A stretch of 64,000 nt of DNA from the NCBI GenBank assembly GCA_019057795.1, contig JAHLWS010000079.1, forward strand, positions 36,155 to 100,154. The letters run 5' to 3'. Below the pieces are notes generated by a model. The model saw nothing but the letters and a program-made list of their open reading frames with translations, did not search any database and was not told where the DNA came from. Positions within the stretch are counted from its first letter, which is position 1; each line of letters opens with the position of its first letter. Source of the DNA: Promethearchaeota archaeon (lineage in GTDB: Archaea; Asgardarchaeota; Lokiarchaeia; Sigyniarchaeales; SOKP01). The position numbers and the translations under genes are program-made. Below, one piece after another: positions 1 to 8,469 of the stretch.

Positions 1-2
1 TC

Positions 3-1010
3 CAAACGCTTTTAAATGAAGAGCAAGTGAATTTCTTGCTGAATTTTAGAAAGCCTAACTTAACATTTCAGGAGTTAAAAGAAAAAACAGGGATGAATGA
101 CACTAATCTAATGGAAATGTTAAATTCCTTAATGGATAATGGAATTCTGATGGATGTGCCGATTGAAAACACGAATATAATGGAATATCGTCTATTGGCA
201 CCAGTTGCAGATACATTTGAATATTCTCTCATTAAATTTGATCGTCCAATTGAACAAAAAAAGAAATTAGCACTGATTTACGAGAAAATGTTTAAAGAAG
301 CAACTGAGTTGACTCAAACTAATTATGAGGGATTATTACCGATATTTAAAGATAAAATTCCTATTTTTGCCAGGATTATTCCAATCGAAAAAGAATTGAT
401 CGTACCTCAAGAAAAAGTATTACCTTTACTTGAAGCCTCTAAAATTATAGATGAGCAAGATATAATATCGATCTCCGAATGTCCTTGTAAGCTGGAAAGA
501 GCTCTCTTAGGCGATCCTTGTAAAACAGCAAGTGATATATATAGGTGCCTTCATTTTGGAAATTTTGGTCGTTATTTTATTGAACATAATCTTGGTAAGC
601 CGATCTCAAAAGACGAAGCAAAGCTAATTTTAAAGGAAGCAGAAGAAGAGGGACTTGTTCATAAGATTTTTCATGATGATTTCAGTCTCGATAAGAAAGA
701 AAATGCGATATGCAATTGCTGCAAGTGTTGTTGTATTCTTTTTCAGAGCTATTATCGTGGAGTTTTTGCCTACCATACTTTAACTTCCTACATCGCGAAA
801 ATAGATGAGAGTAAATGCGTAGGGTGTGGAATATGTGTCAAAAAATGTCCAATCGAGGCAATTACTTTGATAGATGGGATAGCCCATGATGATGAAAACA
901 AATGTATAGGTTGTGGAGTCTGTGTTCACCATTGTCCCGAAAATGCTAGGACCCTAGAACGAACAGAACAAAGAGAAATCTATCTTCCACCGTTAATCAA
1001 AGATCAATAA
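3..1010 (+). CDS. 4Fe-4S dicluster-binding protein with N-terminal HTH-like region (5'-partial)
   Basis: Two CxxCxxCxxxCP ferredoxin motifs at the C-terminus plus CPC and ICNCCKCCC; frame is open from position 3, so the true start is probably outside the window. Confidence 0.8.
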   Translation, partial: QTLLNEEQVNFLLNFRKPNLTFQELKEKTGMNDTNLMEMLNSLMDNGILMDVPIENTNIMEYRLLAPVADTFEYSLIKFDRPIEQKKKLALIYEKMFKEATELTQTNYEGLLPIFKDKIPIFARIIPIEKELIVPQEKVLPLLEASKIIDEQDIISISECPCKLERALLGDPCKTASDIYRCLHFGNFGRYFIEHNLGKPISKDEAKLILKEAEEEGLVHKIFHDDFSLDKKENAICNCCKCCCILFQSYYRGVFAYHTLTSYIAKIDESKCVGCGICVKKCPIEAITLIDGIAHDDENKCIGCGVCVHHCPENARTLERTEQREIYLPPLIKDQ

Positions 1011-1038
1011 TTTTTCCCTCGATAGTCCATTCAAGATT

Positions 1039-1067
1039 GAGTCCATTAGAATGAAATCCAATGGAAT
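1039..1067. repeat. 29-bp imperfect palindromic site, copy 1 (direct repeat of 3882-3910)
   Basis: GAGTCCATTAGAATGAAATCCAATGGAAT; 25/29 identical to copy 2; internal TCCATT...AATGGA dyad. Confidence 0.75.
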
Positions 1068-1119
1068 TTTATTAAAAATAATCTAAAAGGAGGATAATGA
1101 GATGTTTCTTCTTTAAAAT

Positions 1120-1644
1120 CTAACGAGCCTCTACGATATCTTTAAGCGCGTCTTCAACAAAACAGTATATATCTGATGACAAATACATGACTTCATTGAT
1201 TTTTTTCAGGTATTGTAGGGCTTCAGGTAGTCCAAATAAGTTACGCTTGAATAACTCTATAAGAATCCCTAACGTCCCAGAGACTTTAATGCCTAATTTA
1301 CGAGCGAAGATTCTAGCTTCTTCGTCATCTAATAAAATAATTTTTACTTTTGGTTGTAATGATATAATAATTGCATTAATTTCTCCTTCATGTAATTTTG
1401 AACTAGTTATTTCTGTATTGCTCTTTTTAATTGCTTCTACTTTAATTTTTTCATTAATAATGGTACGTTCAAGAACAAAAGCGTCGGAGTGTCCTTGTTC
1501 TTTACCTTTTACAATTATTTCATTATACACCGATGGGGGAATTAAGATTAAATCATAAAGCTCAAAAACTAAATCAAGTAATCCCGCTAGTGTAAGATGA
1601 ATTAATGGACCTGAATTACTTACCGCTACTCTCATTGATTTCAC
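1120..1644 (-). CDS. PIN-domain (DUF3368/VapC-like) toxin
   Basis: VSNSGPLIHL, LHEGEINAI, LLDDEEAR and GTLGIL motifs; overlaps the upstream antitoxin gene. Confidence 0.85.
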   Translation of the reverse strand: MKSMRVAVSNSGPLIHLTLAGLLDLVFELYDLILIPPSVYNEIIVKGKEQGHSDAFVLERTIINEKIKVEAIKKSNTEITSSKLHEGEINAIIISLQPKVKIILLDDEEARIFARKLGIKVSGTLGILIELFKRNLFGLPEALQYLKKINEVMYLSSDIYCFVEDALKDIVEAR

Positions 1645-1918
1645 GTTCTAATTCTTGAGTGGAAATTGGAAAGGGGACGTTTGCTTCACGTAAAATGTGT
1701 AAAAAGGAACGATAAGATTCATCACAATATTCAGCAGCTTTCCAAACAGTCCATTCTTTCGTTCTCACCTTTTCTAAAGCTTCTTTTCTCTTTAACTCCT
1801 TGATTCCTAATTCAAGAGCTTGACGTGCAACATTAGATTTATCTGTTTTGAGTTTTTTTGCGATATTCTCAAGCTCTTCATCTTCTTTCTCATCAATGCG
1901 AACCGATAGAGTCTTCAT
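1616..1918 (-). CDS. UPF0175-family antitoxin (RHH + HTH)
   Basis: MKTLSVRID ribbon-helix-helix N-terminus and TVWKAAEYC HTH; directly upstream of the PIN gene. Confidence 0.85.
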   Translation of the reverse strand: MKTLSVRIDEKEDEELENIAKKLKTDKSNVARQALELGIKELKRKEALEKVRTKEWTVWKAAEYCDESYRSFLHILREANVPFPISTQELEREINESSGK

Positions 1919-1923
1919 GACTA

Positions 1924-1931
1924 TGTATACA
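1924..1931. promoter_or_regulatory. TGTATACA palindrome, probable antitoxin operator
   Basis: Just upstream of the antitoxin start; the same palindrome (TTGTATACAA, 5212-5221) precedes the 5261 TA operon. Confidence 0.5.
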
Positions 1932-2166
1932 ATATCTTAATTTGTATATAAATATGATTAAAAATTAAAAGATAATTTGAGAAGATAATTAATGATTCAT
2001 ACTATTTGGGCATAATCTAATCAAATCAGAACTTTTCTATATAGGTTATAAAATCTAACTGGAAGGAGGGTATAGCTGGGAAGTTTATTTCTTACGTTTT
2101 TTGGAGCCTTTCTCGCACCAGGTCTAACACTGTATTTAAAAGCAAAACTGATTTTTTCATAATAAA

Positions 2167-2325
2167 TCAGTAAAAGCAGTAAGTGGCAGATGGAATTTTA
2201 GAAATAACTATATCCTGATCTTCATATTTTTTTGCCAGTTCTAGAATGACTTTCATTTCTAAATTTCTCTCAATGATTTCATCATCCTTCATTATAACCC
2301 ATTCTCCACTTAATTCTTCTGTCAT
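2167..2325 (-). CDS. Small DUF5678-like protein (52 aa), not in ORF track
   Basis: Manual translation MTEELSGEWVIMKDDEIIERNLEMKVILELAKKYEDQDIVISKIPSATYCFY*; GEWV..D.II pattern. Confidence 0.6.
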   Translation of the reverse strand: MTEELSGEWVIMKDDEIIERNLEMKVILELAKKYEDQDIVISKIPSATYCFY

Positions 2326-2550
2326 ATTCACTCAACTTGGTTTTATTTTATTATTGAAAAGAAGTTCCCAATATATTATTATAACAGAATTATTTAACTG
2401 ATAAATATTTATATCTGAAGGCTTATAATATTTTCTGAATACTTAAAAATTCAAACCAACCATGATATTGGAGAGCTTCAACGCTCTATACACTATTGAT
2501 ATGAAATGATATCATTAAGTATTTATGCTAGCATTGCTATATTAATCTTA

Positions 2551-3063
2551 ATGAAAATTTTCATATATGATGCTTGCTCTCTAATTTATTTAACGAAAAT
2601 TAATGTTAAAGAAAAATTAGTACAATTAGGGTCAGTAAACGTTAGTCCGATAGTAAAGAGTGAATTAATTTCAGAAAAAGAAAAATATTCTGATGCTAAA
2701 GTGCTAAAAGAAAACTTAGATAAGAAAATAATTGAAGAAATGAAACTTGAACGAGGAATGAGTATTTTTTCAAAAGATGTAGGTAAAGGAGAAAATGAAT
2801 CTATACAATTATGCTTACAAATCGATGCAACTTTAGTAACAGATGATCACCACGCAGTAAATATAGCCTCAAATGCAGGATTAAAACCCAAAACATCAGA
2901 AATAATCTTAATTGATTTACTGAAGGAAGGGATAATAAGCTATGAAGATTTCAAAAATTATTTTAGAGAACTAGCACAAATTAAGGTATTAAAACCCGAA
3001 ATTGTGCTATTTTTTACTGATACAGCTATGGAAATAGTTAAAAATAATTCAAAAGGAGGATAA
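2551..3063 (+). CDS. PIN-domain toxin
   Basis: MKIFIYDACSLIYL, GKGENESI and LVTDD motifs; the ATG at 2551 fits the family start better than 2506. Confidence 0.85.
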   Translation: MKIFIYDACSLIYLTKINVKEKLVQLGSVNVSPIVKSELISEKEKYSDAKVLKENLDKKIIEEMKLERGMSIFSKDVGKGENESIQLCLQIDATLVTDDHHAVNIASNAGLKPKTSEIILIDLLKEGIISYEDFKNYFRELAQIKVLKPEIVLFFTDTAMEIVKNNSKGG

Positions 3064-3067
3064 AAAA

Positions 3068-3355
3068 ATGACAAAACAGATGAATTTAAGGTTAGATGAG
3101 GAATTAATCAAGGAATTTGAAGAACTCGCCGAAAACGAAAACCTTGACCGCTCAGCACTAATAAAGAAAGTATTAATAGAAGGAATTCAACAAGAACGAT
3201 TCAATTTTGCTATAAAAAAATATGTGCTGAAAGAAATTTCACTTGAGAGAGCAGCAGAAATCGCAAAAATATCTATTCATGAGTTAATTGCCAAAATTAC
3301 CCAATTAGGAATTCCATCCAATTTGACTATAGAGGATTTCAAAAAATTAATATAA
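3068..3355 (+). CDS. UPF0175-family antitoxin
   Basis: QMNLRLD RHH, LDRSALI and ISLERAAEIA motifs. Confidence 0.85.
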   Translation: MTKQMNLRLDEELIKEFEELAENENLDRSALIKKVLIEGIQQERFNFAIKKYVLKEISLERAAEIAKISIHELIAKITQLGIPSNLTIEDFKKLI

Positions 3356-3419
3356 TTAAAGTAGTTGACTAAATACCAAGCTTTTCCAACCAATCATTCG
3401 AATCAATACTTGAGTGTAT

Positions 3420-3548
3420 ATGGTTGAGTTTGCTGGTATAATCGGATGTGAATATATTTCAAATGTAAAAAAGTATGCTGAAGACAGTTGGATTTCAGCA
3501 GATGTTATCCAAGAATATATAGAAAAGGGTGAAAAATTTGGGAGATAA
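3420..3548 (+). pseudogene. C-terminal remnant of a PIN/DUF3368-like toxin
   Basis: 42-aa frame ending YAEDSWISADVIQEYIEKGEKFGR overlaps the next antitoxin start, as a toxin tail would; no catalytic N-terminus. Confidence 0.4.
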
Positions 3549-3855
3549 AATTTCAATTATATTACCAGATGATTTAAAAGAAGAGATTGACAAATTAAGA
3601 GATTTGATTCACGAAGATCAATCCTCATTCATAAGAAAATTATTATGGAAAAGTGTTACCCATGAAAAGTTGGAAATTGCATTAAAACAATATCTTAGTA
3701 ATAAGATATCTCTGGGGAGGGCAGCTGAAAATGCTGGAATATCCATATGGGAAATGCTAGATGAATTAAAAAGCAGAAATATAATGTTGAATTATAAGAT
3801 TTCGGAAACAGAATTAGAAATTGAAAAAATATTAAAGAAATATAAAAAAATTTAG
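3529..3855 (+). CDS. UPF0175-family antitoxin (toxin partner truncated)
   Basis: ISIILPD RHH, DQSSFIRKLL and ISLGRAAENAGISIWEM motifs. Confidence 0.85.
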   Translation: MKNLGDKISIILPDDLKEEIDKLRDLIHEDQSSFIRKLLWKSVTHEKLEIALKQYLSNKISLGRAAENAGISIWEMLDELKSRNIMLNYKISETELEIEKILKKYKKI

Positions 3856-3881
3856 ATTAAAAAATAGTACAACTCCATCTC

Positions 3882-3910
3882 GAGTCCATTATACTGAAAC
3901 CTAATGGAAT
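3882..3910. repeat. 29-bp imperfect palindromic site, copy 2
   Basis: GAGTCCATTATACTGAAACCTAATGGAAT; TCCATTA-N10-TAATGGA dyad. Confidence 0.75.
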
Positions 3911-3959
3911 GCACATTCAAAAAAAATAGGGATTTATTAATTAAATAGAAAAAGATTTA

Positions 3960-4095
3960 CAGTTGAATCGACTAAGAATTCTTAAAGCGTAAGGCTTAAA
4001 TCTTGATTTTTAAACGTTAATTGCACATTAATGGCACAGCAATCAGCCAAGCTTTTCAACAAGGCGCTCGAAACCTTATGGAGTCGATACAACTG
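3960..4095 (-). ncRNA. Putative structured RNA downstream of the DIP1984-like gene
   Basis: Ends pair as a 14-bp stem with one mismatch (3960-3973 with 4082-4095); internal hairpin AAGG/CCTT; six phased 7-nt units at 3981-4022; strand inferred from neighbours. Confidence 0.55.
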
Positions 4096-4157
4096 CTCAC
4101 CTAAAATAATGACAAATGAAATCGATTAATTAGATGAGTGTGATTATATATTTGGGG

Positions 4158-4691
4158 TTATTCTATGAGTTGAGTGTTTGCATTGTGAATTTCTAAAATA
4201 TTTTCGAGCTTCATTTTTCTCTCTTCTAACTTTTTTATAAGAAATTCTAATTGCAAATCTGTTAATTGCGCAACTTCTTTTTCCTCTTCTTCGGTGGTCG
4301 CAATTCGTCTACGTCTGAAACCAAATGAATCTCTTTCGTTAATAGTATCGAGTTGTGCTAGTTCACTTCTAATATCATCAATTACTAGTTTTAATCTTGA
4401 TAATGTCATAGTTCTATCGTCTACATCAATTTCAGTATGAATATTAGTTCTCATTATTCTTTCTCGTAAATTGCTAATTTTTTCGGCAATTACATTTATT
4501 TCTTCTGAAATATTCTCAAAGTTTACAAATTTGGATACTTCTTCGACATTCTCTTTGAGATCCTCTAAAGTGCTATCTTTAGGAATAACTACAAAGAAGT
4601 TTTCTCTTCTCATTTTGATTTTTCTCTTAAGCTCGTTTTTCAATTGTTTAACTTGTTTTAACGCTCCTGAAATATTCAATATCTTTTTCAC
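4158..4691 (-). CDS. DIP1984-like long helical/coiled-coil protein
   Basis: ISGALKQVKQLK...LRERIMRTNIHT...MTLSRL...LENILEIHNANTQL pattern recalls DIP1984-family proteins; GGAGGTG at the GTG start. Confidence 0.55.
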   Translation of the reverse strand: MKKILNISGALKQVKQLKNELKRKIKMRRENFFVVIPKDSTLEDLKENVEEVSKFVNFENISEEINVIAEKISNLRERIMRTNIHTEIDVDDRTMTLSRLKLVIDDIRSELAQLDTINERDSFGFRRRRIATTEEEEKEVAQLTDLQLEFLIKKLEERKMKLENILEIHNANTQLIE

Positions 4692-4723
4692 CTCCTTTTT
4701 TGATTTTTTATATATTTCATTTT

Positions 4724-4796
4724 TACTCCCGACATGATTCGAACATGTGTTTCCGAGTCCAAGGCTCGGTGTAATTGGCCCCTATACTACGGGAGT
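4724..4796 (-). tRNA. trnQ: tRNA-Gln(UUG), atypical (C33)
   Basis: Cloverleaf: acceptor ACTCCCG/CGGGAGT (A1-U72), anticodon stem CCGAG/CTCGG with loop CCTTGGA, T arm ACATG-TTCGAAT-CATGT, discriminator A; no intron, no encoded CCA. Confidence 0.85.
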
Positions 4797-5030
4797 TTGT
4801 TTTCTAAATATAACTATCATATTAATTTTCGTAGGAACATATCCTAAATTCAAATATCCTATTGTTGGTTCATCTGATCCCTTTGAAAGCTAAATCCATA
4901 TGAATGTATCTATTAAAAAGCTCTAATATTCTCGTTTAATACTTACATAGATGGTGATAACAAGTATTATATTAAACTCGTGGAATCTAAAAATGCAGAA
5001 AGCAAGATAAGAAAGATCATTGTTAAAAAC

Positions 5031-5124
5031 GAGACGAGCTTATTGTATTTAATGGATAGAGCATTCGCTAAAGTTAAACCCTCTCTGCAGGGTGGGGGGT
5101 TGCAAATACCATGTATCTCGGCTC
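5031..5124 (-). ncRNA. Putative ~94-nt structured RNA (Y-RNA-like architecture)
   Basis: 5' GAGCCGAG pairs with 3' CTCGTCTC; second stem ATGGTATTT/AAATACAAT; ACCCT/AGGGT hairpin; C6 tract; T-run after the 3' end; BRE-TATA about 30 nt upstream. Confidence 0.5.
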
Positions 5125-5153
5125 ATAATATTAATAAGATCAATTCGTTCGCA

Positions 5154-5188
5154 TATAAATTTTTCGATCATAATTTCAATTTATGATC
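5154..5188 (-). promoter_or_regulatory. BRE-TATA (GAAAAATTTATATG) with adjacent GATCATAA-N7-TTATGATC palindrome
   Basis: Archaeal promoter consensus positioned for the minus-strand ncRNA/tRNA unit; perfect 8-7-8 inverted repeat at 5166-5188. Confidence 0.5.
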
Positions 5189-5260
5189 TAAATATTAATT
5201 TTTTTTGATAGTTGTATACAATCGTAACTTATTTAAGTATATTGTTGTATATATTAATTA

Positions 5261-5767
5261 ATGAGATGGATTTTAGATGCATGTACTCTCATCTATTTAA
5301 TTAAAGCGAAAATTTTTACAAAATTTATGGAAATCATAAATTATCCCGTAGTAATAGATTCCAGTGTTTATCAAGAAGTTGTAATTGATGGTAAAGCAAA
5401 CAATTATCCAGATGCAATTGAAGCTGAAAGGCTTTTGAATAATTATAGAATTCCCATTATCTCTATTGATGTGTCAAAAGAATTATTCCTTTTCGTTGAT
5501 CCTGGGGAAACGAGTTGTTATCTTTTAGCGATGGAAGATGGTATTTGTTTGACATCAGATGATAGAGCATATCGAAAATTTATGAAAGAGAATTTAAAAG
5601 CAATGAAAATTGATTCTTTTTATTTTGAAAAATTCAATGGAAATCACATAAAAGAAGCTGAATTTCTAAAAATCCTAAATAAATTAGAATCAGTGAATGC
5701 AACAAAGCCAAAATCCATATTATTTTTTATGAAAAAACTTCAAGAGAAAAAAGATGATAAAAATTGA
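5261..5767 (+). CDS. PIN-domain toxin
   Basis: WILDACTLIYL, VYQEVV, DPGETSC and LTSDD motifs. Confidence 0.85.
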   Translation: MRWILDACTLIYLIKAKIFTKFMEIINYPVVIDSSVYQEVVIDGKANNYPDAIEAERLLNNYRIPIISIDVSKELFLFVDPGETSCYLLAMEDGICLTSDDRAYRKFMKENLKAMKIDSFYFEKFNGNHIKEAEFLKILNKLESVNATKPKSILFFMKKLQEKKDDKN

Positions 5768-6090
5768 CTGATGTAGTTTCAACCAGATTAGATGAAAAAG
5801 AAATTGAAGAATTAAACAAGATCTGTAAAAAAGAACGAATGGACCGTTCTTCTTTAATTCGAAAATTTTTACTTGCTCAAATTGAAGAATATAGATTGAA
5901 AGACGCAGGTGAAAAATATAGAAAAGGATTAGTAAGCTTAGCAGAAGCAGCCATCTTGGCAAAAGTATCGATTTATGTAATGATGGATTATGTGGATCGC
6001 GAGAAAATCCAACCTCCCTCTTTAACTGATGTTGAAATGGAGGAGGAATTGAAGTGGGCTAAAAAATTATTTGAAGAAATGAATCAATAA
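5764..6090 (+). CDS. UPF0175-family antitoxin
   Basis: VVSTRLD RHH, MDRSSLIRK and VSLAEAAILA motifs; overlaps the toxin stop. Confidence 0.85.
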   Translation: MTDVVSTRLDEKEIEELNKICKKERMDRSSLIRKFLLAQIEEYRLKDAGEKYRKGLVSLAEAAILAKVSIYVMMDYVDREKIQPPSLTDVEMEEELKWAKKLFEEMNQ

Positions 6091-6261
6091 AACACTGAGA
6101 ATAATTTCTTTTTTTATTTCTTTAGATTGTAGATTGTATTTGTGAAAGTCTAGAGAGGTTGGATTGGGAAATAGCTAAATTATTCAATTTTATTCAATAA
6201 TGAATCGAAAAATTTGTGGGAATCTAATTAGGAGTAGAAAATATTGAATGAAGGACCCCAT

Positions 6262-8469
6262 CTAATTATCGAAATATAATAACATTCCTTTTGATTGAAG
6301 TGAAAGTCTAGCATTCAAGTAAGAAATTGATGATTCTGCCCCTTGATTCATGTTTAGAGAAAACTCTCCAATACCATCGTGGCAACCACCCGTTAATTCG
6401 TTATAAACTTCTTGATTCAGAGAATTTTTTCCAAGGAACCAATTAAATGCTTCAATTGCGAGTTTCATATACCTATTCTCTTTAGTGGTATCATATGCAA
6501 CAATTAATGTTTGTACCATTGAAGCAGCATCAACTGGTTGTTGGTCATAACGAGCATTATGCCCATTTTTATGATACCATCCGTTCTGACCAACAGTAGC
6601 AAATTTTCCGTCTTTAAACGAAATAGAAATGAGAAAGTCTAAAGATTCTTTGGCAATTATTAAATATTTGTCATCTTTAGTTGTTTTATAGCAAAAAAAA
6701 AGAGCCTCAGGCAATTTACTATTTGAATAAGTAAGGTAATTTTCGAACCAGTGCCATTTCTCACTATTACAATCCTTATAGAGCTGGGATAGATAATCGG
6801 CTAATTTTTTAATTCTAATCACTTCAGAATTTTTTATTACATTATAGAAATAGAGTCCTATCAAAATAAAAGAAATTGCTCTTGGAGATCTAATCTTGTC
6901 TACAGCTTTTTTCGCATCTTCAAAAATCAGTTCTGCTTCTACTCTTAATTCCATTGGGATAATTTTTGTAGCAATTAAATAACCAAGAGCCATCATTGCT
7001 CTTCCATGGGCGTCCTCGCTCCAATGCTCGAGATTTACAATCTTATTGTAATTAACAAAATTATACAACTTATTTTCATTTTTGTGGACATACTTTATAA
7101 AATTCAGATAAATTTTCATCAATTTCAATTTAGTATTATCTTTAAATAACTTATAATATAGCGTACAAGCTAATAAGGCTCGAGCATTGTCATCTAGAGT
7201 ATATCCCGATAATTTATCTGGTTTTGCATAATTTGCAAATTGTATTATTCCAAAATCATCCGTAAGATTCATAATATGATCAAACTTGATTTCTGGATAT
7301 GACATTTCACATTTTTCTAAATCATGATTAACTCGCTTGAAAACATTACAATAAGATATTGCTACATTTGGCCATATCATGCACCTAGAAAATGAATAAT
7401 TGTTTCTTTCCATTTCTTCTTTTAAGAGGGGATTTGATAATATTTTTATTAGAGCATTAGTATATGAATTAGGATCTCTGAATTTTACTAAAAGACCTCT
7501 TTCAGGTGTAATAATATCTTTAGCATAAATGAAAGGTGTAGAGATAATCGCTCTACCGCAGGCTATTGCGTACGCCAAAGTGCCACTAACAATCTGATTA
7601 GGATTCAGATTTGAAGAAATATAGATATCCGTTGCTAGTAGAAATTTTACTATTTCTTCTAGCGTCAAGTATCTATCATAGAATTTTACATTTTTTTCGA
7701 GATCAAACTCCTTCACTTTTTCCTTGAGAAAATTTCTATACTTTTCTCCTTCTTTTTTCCTTACTACGGGATGTGTTTCGCCAATTATTAAATATAAAAT
7801 ATTAGGATATTTTTTAACAACCTCAGTTAACGACTCAATTACATATTCACAACCTTTTCCGGAGTTAATAAGGCCAAAAGACGATAATACAATTTTATCA
7901 TCGATACCCATTACTGTTTTTTCTTTTATACTCTCATCAAATGACACTGTTGGCGTTCCATGATGTATTACAATTATCTCTCTTTTAATATCATAATCTT
8001 TTCTTAAAATATCGATCCCCTTGTTAGTCATAACAACTAAATAAGAAGATTTTTTTGCTAGTTCACGAACGATTTTTTTTAATTTATCCTCTGGATTTGG
8101 GATAACTGTATGGAATGATATAACGACTGGTTTTTTTACAATTTCTAGAAATTTTATTAAATAATTTCCATATTCTCCACCAAAAATACCAAATTCGTGT
8201 TGTATATTTATCAGCTTTATAGCATCTATCTCATTTACTCTTTTCGCAGCCTTTTTATATGCTGAAATATCATTATCAGTAATATCAAATAAAACATCTT
8301 CAATATTTTCATAATTACAATCGCTATTATTATTAATAACGATTATTTTTGATTTTATAGAAGGAGAAAATTTCTTATCCATTGCTGTCATTAAATCTTT
8401 TGTAAAAGTAGCAATACCGCACATTCTGGGAGGATATGTGGCCATATAAAGGATCCAATTAGATTCCAT
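6262..8469 (-). CDS. GT4 glycosyltransferase fused to a C-terminal glycoside-hydrolase-like helical domain
   Basis: TYPPRMCGIATF, QHEFGIFGG and SGTLAYA (GT-B); GYTLDDNARAL, DQQPVD and NQGAES in the C-terminal half. Confidence 0.85.
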   Translation of the reverse strand: MESNWILYMATYPPRMCGIATFTKDLMTAMDKKFSPSIKSKIIVINNNSDCNYENIEDVLFDITDNDISAYKKAAKRVNEIDAIKLINIQHEFGIFGGEYGNYLIKFLEIVKKPVVISFHTVIPNPEDKLKKIVRELAKKSSYLVVMTNKGIDILRKDYDIKREIIVIHHGTPTVSFDESIKEKTVMGIDDKIVLSSFGLINSGKGCEYVIESLTEVVKKYPNILYLIIGETHPVVRKKEGEKYRNFLKEKVKEFDLEKNVKFYDRYLTLEEIVKFLLATDIYISSNLNPNQIVSGTLAYAIACGRAIISTPFIYAKDIITPERGLLVKFRDPNSYTNALIKILSNPLLKEEMERNNYSFSRCMIWPNVAISYCNVFKRVNHDLEKCEMSYPEIKFDHIMNLTDDFGIIQFANYAKPDKLSGYTLDDNARALLACTLYYKLFKDNTKLKLMKIYLNFIKYVHKNENKLYNFVNYNKIVNLEHWSEDAHGRAMMALGYLIATKIIPMELRVEAELIFEDAKKAVDKIRSPRAISFILIGLYFYNVIKNSEVIRIKKLADYLSQLYKDCNSEKWHWFENYLTYSNSKLPEALFFCYKTTKDDKYLIIAKESLDFLISISFKDGKFATVGQNGWYHKNGHNARYDQQPVDAASMVQTLIVAYDTTKENRYMKLAIEAFNWFLGKNSLNQEVYNELTGGCHDGIGEFSLNMNQGAESSISYLNARLSLQSKGMLLYFDN

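Noticed and set aside
3981-4022. Heptamer run or the 29-bp repeats as a CRISPR array
   Set aside because: No repeat-spacer periodicity, only two 29-bp copies 2.8 kb apart, and no cas genes
4724-4796. tRNA as an integration site for a provirus or island
   Set aside because: No duplicated tRNA 3' end and no integrase seen in the window
4980-5186. 68-aa plus-strand ORF
   Set aside because: Overlaps the end-paired RNA candidate and its promoter; no recognisable motif
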